From contig CM119371.1 in the NCBI GenBank assembly GCA_051294905.1, forward strand, positions 41,790,001 to 41,841,566: DNA of 51,566 bases, written 5' to 3'. Each line of letters begins with the position of its first letter. The stretch's first letter is position 1. A program made the translations under genes and the position numbers. The stretch comes from Botryllus schlosseri (Eukaryota). Positions 1 to 12,110 of this stretch are shown in pieces. The notes beneath the pieces were generated by a model, which was given only the letters and a program-made list of their open reading frames with translations, was not told the origin of the DNA and searched no databases.

Positions 1-2332
1 CAATGGTGACGCCGAGATATTTTGCTGAGTCACATATTGAGATTTGTTTATGATTGATGTTCACAGTGAAATTATGACTGGCATTATTTAAAACGAGCAT
101 CTCGGTCTTATCTGCATTCAAACTCAGTTTGTTTGCTTGCAGCCATCTCGACACTTTCGGGAGTTCCCTATTCACAGATGCATGCAAATCATCGACAGTG
201 TTGGAGGTTATGAAGAGGTGAGTATCATCAGCAAATAGCGTTGTGCGGAATAAAGATGCATTAACAATGTCGTTAATATAAATGAGGAAAAAAGTCGGTC
301 CAAGGACTGAGCCTTGTGGCACTCCACAAGTTATATCTCTGGTAGTCGTTCTTAATGTCCCCAGTTTAACATATTGTTTGCGGTTTGCCAGGTAGCTTTC
401 AAGTAGAGTTGCTGCAATACCCCTGATTCCATAGTGTTCTAGCTTGTATCTTAAGATTCTGTGGTTAACTGTGTCGAAAGCTTTGCGGAGATCGATAAAA
501 ATGCTGCAGCCACTTTCTTTTTGCTTGATGGTTTTGTAATAGTCCGTTACAATTGATAGTATTGCATGGTTGGTGTTGTGGTTGGATCTGAATCCATGCT
601 GGGTCGGAGACAGTACTGCATTCAATTCAAAAAAGTTCTTAAGTCGGCAGTCAATCAGTTTCTCAAAAACCGTGGCAAGATTTGGCAAAACAGATATTGG
701 TCGGTAGTTAGAAATTAGCTTTTTACAGCCTTTCTTAAACACTGGCATTACTCTGGCAGTTTTCAGTGCATCTGGGAAAATGCCTAGACGTATCGACTCA
801 TTAAAGAAAATGCATATAACATCACCAATAATATTAAAGATTAGCTTCAGGAAGTGAGTTGGGATGAGATCGGGTCCTACTGCTTTGTTACTTTTCATTT
901 CAGATAATACGATCGCAACTTCTCCTTCACTTGTCGGCTCAAGAAAAATGGATTTCTGAGGGCCAGGACTCAAGTACGAGAGAAAGTCATCAGAGGAGTT
1001 TGGTATTGAAGCTGCAAGATCCGGACCAATGTTGCAAAAATACTGATTGAACTTTTCTGCTACTGCAAGCTGGTCTTTGATGATGCTGCCATTCTCGAGT
1101 AGCTCGATGTCATCAGTACTCTTGGGAGCATTACCTTTAGTTAGGTTGATAATTTCTCCAATGGTTTTCCATGTGTTCTTGGGATCTTTGGAGCACTCTT
1201 CGAATCTTTTTTGGAAGTATGCTTTTTTGGCATTTTCTTTCATATGCGTCACTTGGTTTGCATATTTTTTGTACACTTTTTTGCCTTCGATGGTGCCTTG
1301 CAGATAGTAGTGCTTATGCATCCAATCCCTCGTTTTGATCGCAACAAGTATGTCATGACCAATCCAGGGTTTCGATTTCAAGCGCCTTGCATTGCGGTTG
1401 ACTTTCCTAATTGGGAAAGATGTGTCGAGGGCTGCCCGCAGTTCCTCAATAAATTTTTCAAAATGGCAGTTGTAGTTGTCAGTTGTGAGTGGAGGAATTT
1501 TGTAGTTGTTGAAGGTATTGCTGACAATTTCAATATACTCCTCTATACCGCGTGGGTTTAAGGGCGTTCGAGATTCAAATTCTTTAGCACAATGTGGCAG
1601 GGCCAATTTCATGTGGCAGATGATGGGATAGTGATCAGTCATACTGTGTTGGAGCACAAAAGGGGACAGGTGATATTGATGAGTGTTGCAGTAGAAGTGA
1701 TCTAGTAGAGTTTTGGATTGATCAGCTATTCTTGTGGGTTCAGTAATTATCTGAGCTATTCCATAAGAATCAAGCATTTCACGGTACCTTGTGTTAAAGT
1801 TGGTGGTCTTCAGCAAATCAATATTTATGTCTCCCATAATAAATATTTGTTCGTTAGCTGCCGTTAGCGTTTCCAGAATATTTGAGAATTCGTCAAGAAA
1901 AGTCTCTTGCTTTGTTCCTGGGTGTTTGTAGATGACTGCCACTGTGAGAGCTTTTTGTACATGTACTCTGACAAATATATATTCTACGCCTTCGGTTTCA
2001 AATTTTACGTCCGGCATCATGTCATATCTCAGACCTTCGTTGATGTATAGTCCAACACCTCCAGCGTTCGTTTTAGATGGCGAGTGTAAAAAGTTGAAAC
2101 CTGTCAGGTTAACATTAGTCGTTGGATGTTCTTTCAACTTCGTCTCAGAGATTCCGATGATGGTTGGTGAGCAATTGAACATTTCAAACAGGGGGGGAAT
2201 TTCATCTAGATGAGCTTGGAGGGATCTTGTGTTTAAGTGTGCAAGTAAAATTCCTTGAGATGATGGGATACCACTACTATTCGTTGAATTGATAGATCTG
2301 CAGTTGCTCACGTTGAAAAAGTTTTGAGCCAT
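1..2332 (-). CDS. CR1/L2-clade LINE ORF2 (APE endonuclease + reverse transcriptase), 3' end outside window
   Basis: Manual translation from ATG at 2332 gives LLAHLNTRSL, IIGISETKL, GGVGLYI, IMGDINID, TLLDHFY, TDHYPI (APE) and GVPQGSVLGPTFFLIYIND, LFADDT, KYLGVTI (RT). Start and last motifs share a frame. Probably missing from the ORF track because no stop lies in the window; not every codon was checked. Confidence 0.93.
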   Translation of the reverse strand, partial: MAQNFFNVSNCRSINSTNSSGIPSSQGILLAHLNTRSLQAHLDEIPPLFEMFNCSPTIIGISETKLKEHPTTNVNLTGFNFLHSPSKTNAGGVGLYINEGLRYDMMPDVKFETEGVEYIFVRVHVQKALTVAVIYKHPGTKQETFLDEFSNILETLTAANEQIFIMGDINIDLLKTTNFNTRYREMLDSYGIAQIITEPTRIADQSKTLLDHFYCNTHQYHLSPFVLQHSMTDHYPIICHMKLALPHCAKEFESRTPLNPRGIEEYIEIVSNTFNNYKIPPLTTDNYNCHFEKFIEELRAALDTSFPIRKVNRNARRLKSKPWIGHDILVAIKTRDWMHKHYYLQGTIEGKKVYKKYANQVTHMKENAKKAYFQKRFEECSKDPKNTWKTIGEIINLTKGNAPKSTDDIELLENGSIIKDQLAVAEKFNQYFCNIGPDLAASIPNSSDDFLSYLSPGPQKSIFLEPTSEGEVAIVLSEMKSNKAVGPDLIPTHFLKLIFNIIGDVICIFFNESIRLGIFPDALKTARVMPVFKKGCKKLISNYRPISVLPNLATVFEKLIDCRLKNFFELNAVLSPTQHGFRSNHNTNHAILSIVTDYYKTIKQKESGCSIFIDLRKAFDTVNHRILRYKLEHYGIRGIAATLLESYLANRKQYVKLGTLRTTTRDITCGVPQGSVLGPTFFLIYINDIVNASLFRTTLFADDTHLFITSNTVDDLHASVNRELPKVSRWLQANKLSLNADKTEMLVLNNASHNFTVNINHKQISICDSAKYLGVTI

Positions 2333-2380
2333 TTTTTAGTGTGGGTTGGGTTTGCAGTGAGAGAGCAGTATAGCAGTTTC

Positions 2381-2520
2381 TATTGGAGTTTATCGAGGTC
2401 ATCCTTTGACTCAATGTGGATTCTGGGTGCACCATCATTCTTTTTCATGTAGATATTTCCATTTGCAGTCCAGAGGTATTTGAAGCTTTTTTTTTGTTTC
2501 GCAGCTCGCGCTTCAAAGAT
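2381..2520 (-). pseudogene. C-terminal fragment of LINE ORF1 (FP-protein C-terminal-like)
   Basis: IFEARAAKQKKSFKYLWTANGNIYMKKNDGAPRIHIESKDDLDKLQ* lies just upstream of ORF2. The KYLWT.NG.I motif is typical of CR1-type ORF1 C-termini. The element is 5'-truncated near 2520. Confidence 0.75.
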
Positions 2521-2584
2521 AAATGAACTTGATTTCAATTAAACTTTTGCGCCTCTTTAAGCGTCGCGTCGACGAAATCCCCCG

Positions 2585-2853
2585 TCTTTGAGAGTTTATA
2601 ACGATCGGCTGAAGCTCCAGGACCATTTTCAATAACGACCGCCCGCTTGAACACGTTGAATTAGGGAGAGTAGGATAATTGATTCTGATCAAGCTAGTTT
2701 TTCAGGGGGTCAAATCTGGTCTAGCTTTCACGTCTCTGAGAGTTTGATACGATCGGTTGAAGCTCCAGGACCATTTTCAATAACGACCGCCCGCTTGAAC
2801 ACGTTGAATTAGGGAGAGTAGGATAATTGATTCTGATCAAGCTAGTTTTTCAG
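2585..2853. repeat. Direct duplication with ~149-bp period
   Basis: gaagctccaggaccattttcaataacgacc...caagctagtttttcag is present at about 2611-2705 and 2759-2853. Confidence 0.85.
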
Positions 2854-4946
2854 ACCGGGAGGAAGTTGGCCATCAAATTCTAGCCATCAAAAAAAAATTC
2901 GGAACTACTATGTACAACAACGCAGGTATCGGATGTATCACCAGGACCACTCTTCCGGACATGGCGCGTGGCAGCAATCGGCCACATATGATATTTCGAC
3001 GTTGGCCGGCCGCGTTGGAATACGAATTAAAGTAATTTCAAATCAATCAGCATACAAATTACCGACTGATTTCATCGCATCACGTCATTTGTGAAACAAC
3101 TAACAAAGAATATAAACTCGACTGGCACCTGAACAGAGCTATCTCGCGAAACACTATCGCCGTCGCGAAATCTTCACAGCTGCTAGTTGTCGCTCTGCTG
3201 CAAACAAAATATCGCCAAATGCATTTCTAGCCAACAAAATCTGGATTTGACAAAACAAATAGTGTTCCGACACGTGAAACGCCGTACCTCAAAATCTTAA
3301 TGTCTATTTTTCGATCAAACAGTTGTTTTAGAAAGTAATAGGACAGTCCTACATGTTGCTAAACAATAAAGAAGTGTGTGCAACTCACCTTGAATAAATC
3401 TCAAAACTATACGATACGCTCAACTATACAGTCAAGAATATTAAAATTTATTCACGAAAAATATTCAAAATTTTTCAATCTATTCACTGTGTCAAGGAAT
3501 GGATTTCAAATACGTAGAGCCTATAGTTAGGCCTAGCAGCACCCCAATTTTCAGAGATATCCAAGTGGCTCAAGGTGTCCAACGGGCCCAATAAGCTCGA
3601 CTGAACAATCATTGAAATTCAAATTTATTAACGAAAAATATTCGAAAATTTTAAAACTATAACCTGTGTCAAAGAATGGCTTTCAAATACGTATAGCCTA
3701 CAATTAGGCCTAGAAGCACCCCAATTTTCAGCGATATCCAAGTGGCGCAAGGTATCCAACGGGCCCGACACACCTGACTGCTCAGTGATAAAAATACAAA
3801 TTTATTCACGAAAATATTCGAAAATTTTCAAACTATAACCTGTGTCAAGGAATGGCTTAAAAATACATATAGCCTATAGTTAGGCCTACCATCACACTAA
3901 TTTTCTGAGATATCCAAGTGGCGCAAGGTGTCCAACGGGCCCGACACACCTGACTGCTCAGTGATAAAAATACAAATTTATTCACGAAAATATTCGAAAA
4001 TTTTCAAACTATAACCTGTGTCAAGGAATGGCTTAAGAATACATATAGCCTATAGTTAGGCCAAGCATCACACTAATTTTCTGAGATATCCAAGTGGCGC
4101 AAGGTGTCCAACGGGCCCGATACGCTCGGCTGCACAGTCATTGAAATTCAAATTTATTCACGAAAAGTATTCGAAAATTTTCAAACTATAACCAGTGTCA
4201 AAGAATGGCTTTCAAATACGTATAGCCTATAGTTAAGCCTAGCAGCACCCCAATTTTCAGAGATATCCAAGTGGCGCAAGGTGTCCAACGGGCCCAATAA
4301 GCTCGACTGAACAATCATTGAAATTCAAATTTATTCACGAAAAATATTCAAAATTTTTCAATCTATTCACTGTGTCAAGGAATGGATTTCAAATACGTAT
4401 AGCCTATAGTTAAGCCTAGCATCACACTGATTTTCAGCGATATCCAAGTGGACTGTCCTATTACTTTCTAAAACAACTGTTTGATCGAAAAATAGACATT
4501 AAGATTTTGAGGTACGGCGTTTCACGTGTCGGAACACTATTTGTTTTGTCAAATCCAGGTTTTGTTGGCTAGAAATGCATTTGGCGATATTTTGTTTGCA
4601 GCAGAGCGACAACTAGCAGCTGTGAAGATTTCGCGACGGCGATAGTGTTTCGCGAGATAGCTCTGTTCAGGTGCCAGTTGAGTTTATATTCTTTGTTAGT
4701 TGTTTCACAAATAACGTGATGCGACGAAATCAGTCGGTAATTTGTATGCTGATTGATTTGAAATTACTTTAATTCGTATTTCAACGCGGCCGGCCAACGT
4801 CGAAATATCATATGTGGCCGATTGCTGCCACGCGCCATGGCCGGAAGAGTGGTCCTGGTGATACATCCGATACCTGCGTTGTTGTACATAGTAGTTCCGA
4901 ATTTTTTTTTTGATGGCTAGAATTTGATGGCCAACTTCCTCCAGGT
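2854..4946. mobile_element. Non-coding foldback element: ~495-bp inverted arms enclosing a satellite
   Basis: 2854-3349 (accgggaggaagttggcc...aataggacagtcc) is the near-exact reverse complement of 4450-4946 (ggactgtcctatt...ggccaacttcctccaggt). No TSD found. Confidence 0.85.
3430..4450. repeat. ~177-bp tandem satellite, ~6 copies
   Basis: The motif tttatt(c/a)acgaaaa recurs at 3447, 3624, 3801, 3977, 4153 and 4330. Confidence 0.95.
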
Positions 4947-5129
4947 GGTTGGAATCCCGGTACGTTTAGAGTAATGTATTTGGTGTGCAGTATCACACCG
5001 CGAGGACAGTTAGTAGAATGTTTAGTGTGCACGAGATACCGATCCATATTGGCAGATAGGTATACGGTACGTGTTTCATTCCTTTCAGATGAAATAGCTA
5101 TTGACATAGATATGTTAGAATATTACATG

Positions 5130-5470
5130 CAAGTGAATGGAAACAGGCTGCAGCAAGCACGGAAGTACCTTACAGATTTTGATAATCCCGTGGAATACAT
5201 CACTGAGGAACTGTGTTCTGATCGCTATAGGCTTACGAAAGCCGGTGTTAGTGGATGATGGAGATCCTACATGACCTTACCAGCCCATCCAACAAAGGCC
5301 TGCCCCTGCCCCCGTTATTGAAGTTCCTTGTTGTTTTGCGCTTTTACGCCACAGGAAGCTTTCAAGTTGTTGCTGGGGAACTGGAACATGTGTCCCAGCT
5401 CACCGTTGGTTGGTGGATTGGTGCAGCTGGACAGTATTGCCATCTCATAAAAGCTCAGCTTCAGCATACA
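5130..5470 (+). pseudogene. PIF/Harbinger transposase N-terminal fragment (HARBI1-like), frameshifted
   Basis: ORFs 4974-5258 and 5255-5548 join as DFDNPVEYITEELCSDRYRLTK...PLPPLLKFLVVLRFYATGSFQVVAGELEHVSQLTV. LRFYATGSFQ is characteristic of the Harbinger HTH region. The DDE core is absent. Confidence 0.85.
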
Positions 5471-5959
5471 TCAAATTCCCACAAGGTGAAGTCGCAGCCA
5501 ATGAGGCCACACGATTTTACGACAAACAGCTGCCGAACAAGCTTCTAATATCCTCCAGAATAACTATAGAGAGGACTTTTGGAGTGTGAAGAGCGTGTTC
5601 CCCTGCTTATCACTGGGTCTACGGGCGACACATCAATGACTGTGGTTGATGTTCACAGCAGTGTTATACAAACTATGCCAGAAAGAACAGGTAATATATT
5701 TCTTGATTTTTTTTAATATCAAGCGCTTAACTCCCTTCAAATTTAGGTGCATCATCAACAATAAAACAAATCTCTCTGTCATCCACATAAGAAGTTGTAG
5801 AGGCACCGAGAGATGTACGAGGCTCCCTGAGAGGCCTAGCTCGGAGACGACGGATCGTAGAAACCCACTTTACGAAAGAAATTTAATTTGTTATCACAAA
5901 TAAATAAACTGCGGTATCACTTGTATGGAACCGAACGAAATGGTACAGTGTAGAAAGAA

Positions 5960-6735
5960 AAGAAGTGGAACAGTAACTATCAATAATCCACGGTTATATG
6001 AGCATAGCGAAAAAAGCATAAATATCACGGTGCGGTGTTGCAAGTCAAGGCTTATGCAGTTAAACGGGCATAGCAAAAGAAACGTATTGATGTCACGGTG
6101 CTGCAATTAGAGGCATAGTAACTATCAATAATGCACGGTTAAAAGGGTATGGCACAAGAAAAGCATTCATGTCACATTGCTGCAAGTACAAGCATAGTAA
6201 CTATCAATAATCCACAGTTAAATGGGTATGGCACAAGGAAAGCATTCATGTCACATTGCTGCAAGTACAAGCATAGTAACTATCAATAATTAACAGTTAA
6301 ATGGGTATGGCACAAGGAAAGCATTCATGTCACATTGCTGCAAGTACAAGCATAGTAACTATCAATAATCCACAGTTAAATGGGTATGGCACAAGGAAAG
6401 CATTCATGTCACATTGCTGCAAGTACAAGCATAGTAACTATCAATAATTAACAGTTAAATGGGTATGGCACAAGGAAAGCATTCATGTCACATTGCTGCA
6501 AGTACAAGCATAGTAACTATCAATAATCCACAGTTAAATGGGTATGGCACAAGGAAAGCATTCATGTCACATTGCTGCAAGTACAAGCATAGTAACTATC
6601 AATAATTAACAGTTAAATGGGTATGGCACAAGGAAAGCATTCATGTCACATTGCTGCAAGTACAAGCATAGTAACATCAATAATGCGCAGGTAAACGGCA
6701 CAAAAAAATATTTGCATCACGGTGCTGCAAGCAGA
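5960..6735. repeat. 79-bp minisatellite, ~8 good plus ~2 degenerate copies
   Basis: catagtaac recurs at 6115, 6193, 6272, 6351, 6430, 6509, 6588 and 6667. Confidence 0.95.
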
Positions 6736-6761
6736 AGCAATGAATCTTGAATTGAAAGCTT

Positions 6762-8060
6762 TTATAAAGTAGGTAGACCAGTTTCTAGTGGGACTGGTGA
6801 AGGCAAGCCTTCAAGCTTTTGCCTTGCATCTGCTATCAACAGCTGCTTGGTCACAAGTACCGACTGCAGATCAGCAACGGACTGCTGCTTCTCTACTAAG
6901 AGCCTTTGCTGTTGCAAGCAGTCAATTTCTAATTTAATCTTTTCTTTTTTCAACTCATGCTCCAAGAACATGGCATCCGATATGAAGTTGTTAACTTCAG
7001 CTCTTTTTGGTTTCTTTCTTGGCATCTCTGTCTTTTCCGTTTCTTTCACCACCGGCCTTGAAGTCGTGAAACTTACATCTGAAATTGGGATATATGATAT
7101 AGAAAGCACTCATTGCATAGCAAATGCGTATAAATTCTAAATAACTTATATATGCTTATAAAGCTTTGCTCAGAATGTTAGTCATGACATATATGTATCT
7201 GTATATATTTACACAGATTTTAGTTAACGCTCATTAATAATAAACAATATCGATGTCAACATCACATCGTGGATATGCCCCAGACCCTGATCACCATTGA
7301 CTGGCTATAGTCCTCAACCTCATGACTATCAATCAATGCGCAGTGCTAATTCTGGTCAGTGTTAGCTTTCGGGTTTGCGAATATAAGGTTTTACAGTTAT
7401 TATTCGGAGCGATTTTGGAGGTAAGGCACAAATTTGGTATGTACAGCAGTCGCAGCTAAGCGGTAACCCAACACGCAGCAAAACCTACATTACCAGAGTC
7501 AGCGATGCTCAAATATCAACAGCGAATACCGTTGACTACTAATAGTGGGGATCACTGAGTTGATATGGTGCTTTTATCAATGAAGTGTCCATTATTATGG
7601 AATACCGTACCTGAAGATGTCGTTGCTACGGAAACGTCCACAAACACCACTTGGTCAGAATCAAGTTCATTTTGGAGTGGCTCGAGTTGTTTCCGGTATC
7701 ATGCTATGGATCATCTGTGACATCTCTGGTACTGCCTTGGTTAAAGGACCTCCGGCAGTTGGGCACGTTCCTCTGTTATATCTTCTTTCGATCTGTTGAA
7801 ATGCATACGCTATGCATTAGAACTGGCCTCGGCATATTCCTAGAATTTCATCAAAAATCTTACCTCGCCTTCATGTTATTCCAACATTTTTTAAGCTGCT
7901 TGGATGATACCTTTTGAGCATCCGAGAAGGAATTGTATTGAACGGCAAGATCTTCCCATGCAGCATTTTTCCTTTGGATAGAATTTCCATCATTTCTTTT
8001 ATCCTCGAGTACATCCAGCTTTGCGCTTACAAGAGTCATAAGACGGCTCTTGTCAGCCAA
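6762..8060 (-). pseudogene. Harbinger-associated Myb/SANT-like DNA-binding gene (NAIF1/MSANTD3-like), multi-exon, decayed
   Basis: 7860-8060 reads VLEDKRNDGNSIQRKNAAWEDLAVQYNS...KQLKKCWNNMKAR. A GT-AG intron (about 7862-7793) leads to RSKEDITEER and a frameshifted TAGGP. A coiled-coil last exon is in 6762-7109. The gene is convergent with the transposase. Confidence 0.8.
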
Positions 8061-8708
8061 GAGTCATAAGACGGCTCTTGTCAGCCAAACTAAACCTTAA
8101 TTTTGACATACTGTAACTGTAACTGGAAAAATGTTTCTGTTGAAATCCAACATTATAGTTTGCTTTACCTAAACATTATCATGTGGCAGACACATCGAGA
8201 AAACTGCGAAAAAGCAAGGCTTGTATGAATACTACCACATCACTGCCATACTTCACAACTACCATTTCATTGATACACAGTACACTATTATACAGCTTAC
8301 TAAAGACAGATGTTACATGAAAATGATCGAACTCTGTGGACTTTACAATGTTCTATACCGGTATAGTTTACCATTAAGATCATAAATACGATTAATATAT
8401 GTGTACAGCCCATCATCCCGCAGCATACTACCAGAAAAGTCAGTGCAAAGCGTTCGAGTAAAGCCTTGAGACTGCCCCCGGCTCGACTCGAAAAACGCAC
8501 ACTCGACAGCCAAATTCTCAGCTCGCCAGCTACCGCGCATCGTCTCTGAATACCAAACAGCTCGAAGTCGAGCTCGACAGACCGCGAAGTCCGTCTCCAG
8601 CCGTGCTCAAACTCATTCTCGAGTTGCGCTCTCTGAATACCGATTGTTACGCAATTTTGACGCAAAGTGAGTTTGAGCACTGAGTAAGGATTCTTGAATA
8701 CGGGCCAG

Positions 8709-9376
8709 AGTCTTTATTTTCATCGAACCAAATTACATAACAAACGGCAGTGATGGTGGTACAGAAAATATGCGTGCACAGTATTCGGTATTAGATAGGA
8801 ATGATCGATAAGACCGTGAAGGTCATCTAGTCTGATCACACCAGCATCAAACAGGTACACTTGACTCTGAACAGTCTGGCTGTAAAGAAATGTTTAGTTA
8901 AAGAAAATAGAAAAAAAATTAAACAATGGTGGCAAATGATCAATGAAGCAATGTCTGGGCGAGGTAGGGCAACAGTGTTAGTGTAACGACAAGAGGTGAT
9001 CAAGTAGGGCTTTTTTGAATTTATTATAAGGCAATTCACGGATATGTGGTGGTAATGCATTCCAGATGATAGGTCCCGAGTAGTCGATAGATCTCTTAGT
9101 TAGGTTGCTATTGGGTGGGGGTAAGTAGATGTTTCCTTTAGACGAGGATCTCGTGTAATGGGAATGGACATGTTTAGCAGGTATGAAAAAGTCATCAAAC
9201 ACAGTAGGCAGACTATTGGAAAAATATTTGTGAACAACTTTTGATACTTCGAATCGATATAGTTCATCAACTCGCAAAATTCGATGCTTACGGTAGTAAG
9301 GCGATAAATTGGTACGTAAAGGTACAGATGAGATCAGCCGTATCGCACGGTTTTGCAGGGTTCGAATTCTGCACAA
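8709..9376 (-). mobile_element. 5'-truncated CR1/L2 LINE (ORF2 C-terminus 8978-9376 plus 3' UTR)
   Basis: LQNRAIRLI...HSHYTRS...SIDYSGPIIWNALP...FKKAL is the typical CR1/L2 ORF2 tail. Minus-strand AATAAA near 8713-8718. Confidence 0.88.
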
Positions 9377-9477
9377 AAATGTTGTGCATGCATTTCCCCA
9401 TACTACGATTCCATATTGCAGATGAGAGTGGAAAAGAGAGAAGATGAGCGAATATAAGTCAAATATAAGGGGAATAA

Positions 9478-9830
9478 GGCGCTGTATCGCTCACATAGGC
9501 TATACGTAGAGCTGCAATACTGCGTAAGCAATTGAACGGCCTTAATTTATAGTTACCAGCCAAAATAGAGAGAAACGAATTGACAAGATGCAATACATTA
9601 TTCATTTACAAATTGAAATGATACAATTCAAGCCTACGCTAATGGTTGAGGACTATATCAACTATATTTGAATTCAATTTCAATAAAACAAGAGGTATAT
9701 ATATCATTGGTTAAGGAAAGAACTGAGAACAGAAATTGACATTTCGCTATTAAATGACTTTACTGTATTAGTTTTCGACAACGTAATCTGTAAGTTTCGA
9801 TCACCCCGTTTGCGGTCAATTTATGTGTGC
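9478..9830. repeat. Dispersed repeat, diverged copy of ~15655-16005
   Basis: Shared blocks cgctgtatcg, gttaccag.caaaatagag, gagaaacgaattga.aagatgcaatacatta, gaattcaatttcaataa and gtttgcggtcaatttat occur in the same order. Confidence 0.85.
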
Positions 9831-10699
9831 CCAGCAACGATACAATGAAAATATAGTGCAAATGCAATGTGATGTTCTGGTCACTTGATCATTGCGACAT
9901 TTTGTCTCTAAATTGGACACAGCGGTGGTAAGTAGTAAATCACTTCATAGATTTTGCCTACTCGCACTACTTACTGTTATTTACTATTTACACTTCTACT
10001 ACTGTAGTTTTAAAAGCAAAACTAACGCTACTTATTTCAACTTACAGTACTTAGTTTGACATCACTTCGAAATCGTCACTTTTGTAACAAATATTTGTGA
10101 TGATACTCATGTAGCAACGATGACGTAATAAAACTCATCGAATAAAGCAGACTTTTAAGAGCTTTATAAAAATATTTCGTAACCGGCTGCACACTTGCAC
10201 ACAACATTCCTGTGGCTGGTAACCTCTTCAACTTCATACGGGTAGACGGGTCGGATTAATGATGATGAACGACTTTACCAAGCATCTTCGCCATCTCGAG
10301 TGCAAGTTTGAGACAAGATATTTACTTTCTTTGCATTCTCTTTCTGAAATATTAATCGAGAAATCAATTCCAGCAAACATGGATTACTCGTTCAAAATGT
10401 TAGCATATTCGGAATACCTTGCTGCAAACAATACAGATTACTTGATACACACATTACAGATTACTTAATGAGACATGGCGTGCACAAGGTAAAGACCATA
10501 AATATAACAGAATTTGTGACTTTGTTTAGAACTGTGTATAGAAATCACTCAATAGAGAGCATTCAAGACATGAAAAGTGTTACAACTAGAAGACCATGAG
10601 TTGTAATTAACTACTTGCCTGTCTTTCCAATGCAGCGCGAGAACCCTAGGGACTGGGTGGCCAACCTTTTTGCTATTCGCGGCTGCATGCCAGGGAATA

Positions 10700-11378
10700 G
10701 CTGCCAACTATTTTACCCGAGTAGCATAAAAATAAGAACTACAATTATAGCTACACAATGTTGTCCAAATTTGATTCGTAAACGGAATTGGATTAGAATT
10801 ACAATAAGGGCATGGAAACATTTCAAAAGTTAAAATAGAATTAGATTACCAGCATTTCACTCCAATTAATCTGTAATTGGACAACTGGAATCATCTAGTT
10901 GGGCAAGTCTGCCCCGGGAAACTCTGAGTAGCAGGAGCGTATCCAGGGGGTTCGAAGGTTCGACCCCCCCCCTATTATTTCAAGTGTTGCCAATGGTGAG
11001 AATCGGCTGTGAACAACGGCAGGTACAGCAAGCACGCAAAGAGACTCGAGGCTTGGCGTGTGGCCTATTGTGGTCGGGATGTTCAGGCCTGTGGTGACGT
11101 CGTGCGCACATTAATCAATGACCCGATTTCGCATTCAAATGAATAACAGTATCAGTATGAGATCTTGTCCTGTGGTGTAGGGGTTTCGTTTCTAGCCCCC
11201 TAATTAGAACAAAATTTCAGCACAATGCCGGTAATCTAATTCTAAGCTAATTTGGGCTAATTAATTCTATATGCTCTTATTATAATTCTAATCCAATTTC
11301 TTGAAGAATAAAATTTTGAAAACATTGTGTAGCTATAATTCTAATGCTAATCAAGTGGAATAGTATTCCGCATTGGCA
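10700..11378. mobile_element. Degenerate MITE-like element with ~160-bp inverted repeats
   Basis: aattatagctacacaatgtt / aacattgtgtagctataatt, aattggattagaatta / taattctaatccaatt and tagaattagattacc / ggtaatctaattcta are reverse-complement pairs. Confidence 0.7.
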
Positions 11379-12110
11379 GCATTGACAACATAGATACACC
11401 CAGAACCAGAACCCTATGCATGCAACATAGCACGGTTCCACACTAACCATGATCCCAGTCCACCCCCCAGCAAGCCCCTAAATTGGGGATTGTGTTCAAA
11501 CAATTTAGAGACGACTTGACATGTGACATGTTCAACTTACGATGATATGGTATAGACCCTAGTTTACACGGAGCTCTTTTCTTTCCATTTCCACCTTTCA
11601 AACAGTATTCGCTCCAAACTTGATCAGTTGCAGCTCCTCGGTACAATTTCCCTTCAGAATGTGCCGCTAACGGGAGTCATTAATTTTGCCTGGAAAATTA
11701 TGACAAGTTAACACATGACGACGGTGTCATAAACCCATGTGGAAAAGCTCAACTGTATCAGAAGACCAAGCGTATTTGTAGCGCAGCAAGCAATTGCAAA
11801 ATAATCACAGAGGTAAACAGAGAGATGATGAACAGTGAACGATCACAAGATACCATATTCCAAGTGCATTACATCAGACAATTCTCTAATATATACTATG
11901 CATTTACCCATACGAGTAGCCCGGGGGAGTTTCGGGGGTCAAAAACCCCTCCTTCAACGCGAAACTACTGCGCGCGGCCAATTAGCGAGATTCGTCTGTG
12001 CACAATGTAACGCGACGCCCCACCACCCCGTAACTCGGCGCCTATGACTGCATAGCACATACATGATTCAATAGAGCACCGGCATCTCAATTCGCCCAAA
12101 ACGACGACAC

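Larger units (their letters stand above)
5100..8706. mobile_element. Harbinger DNA transposon remnant (right end kept, left end not found)
   Basis: Convergent transposase and Myb/SANT pair. The right end reads ...ttcttgaatacgggc(c)ag, i.e. a GGCCCGTATTC-type TIR with possible CAG (CWG) target. The left coordinate is approximate. Confidence 0.7.

Noticed and set aside
1047..2213. Plus-strand ORFs 1047-1307, 1211-1561 and 1932-2213
   Set aside because: Antisense shadows of the LINE ORF2.
5960..6735. CRISPR-like regular array
   Set aside because: Whole units repeat with no unique spacers, no cas genes are present and the context is eukaryotic; the same applies to the 177-bp and 204-bp arrays.
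11969..12020. ~50-bp match to about 22397-22468
   Set aside because: Real but short; consistent with an ordinary dispersed repeat fragment.
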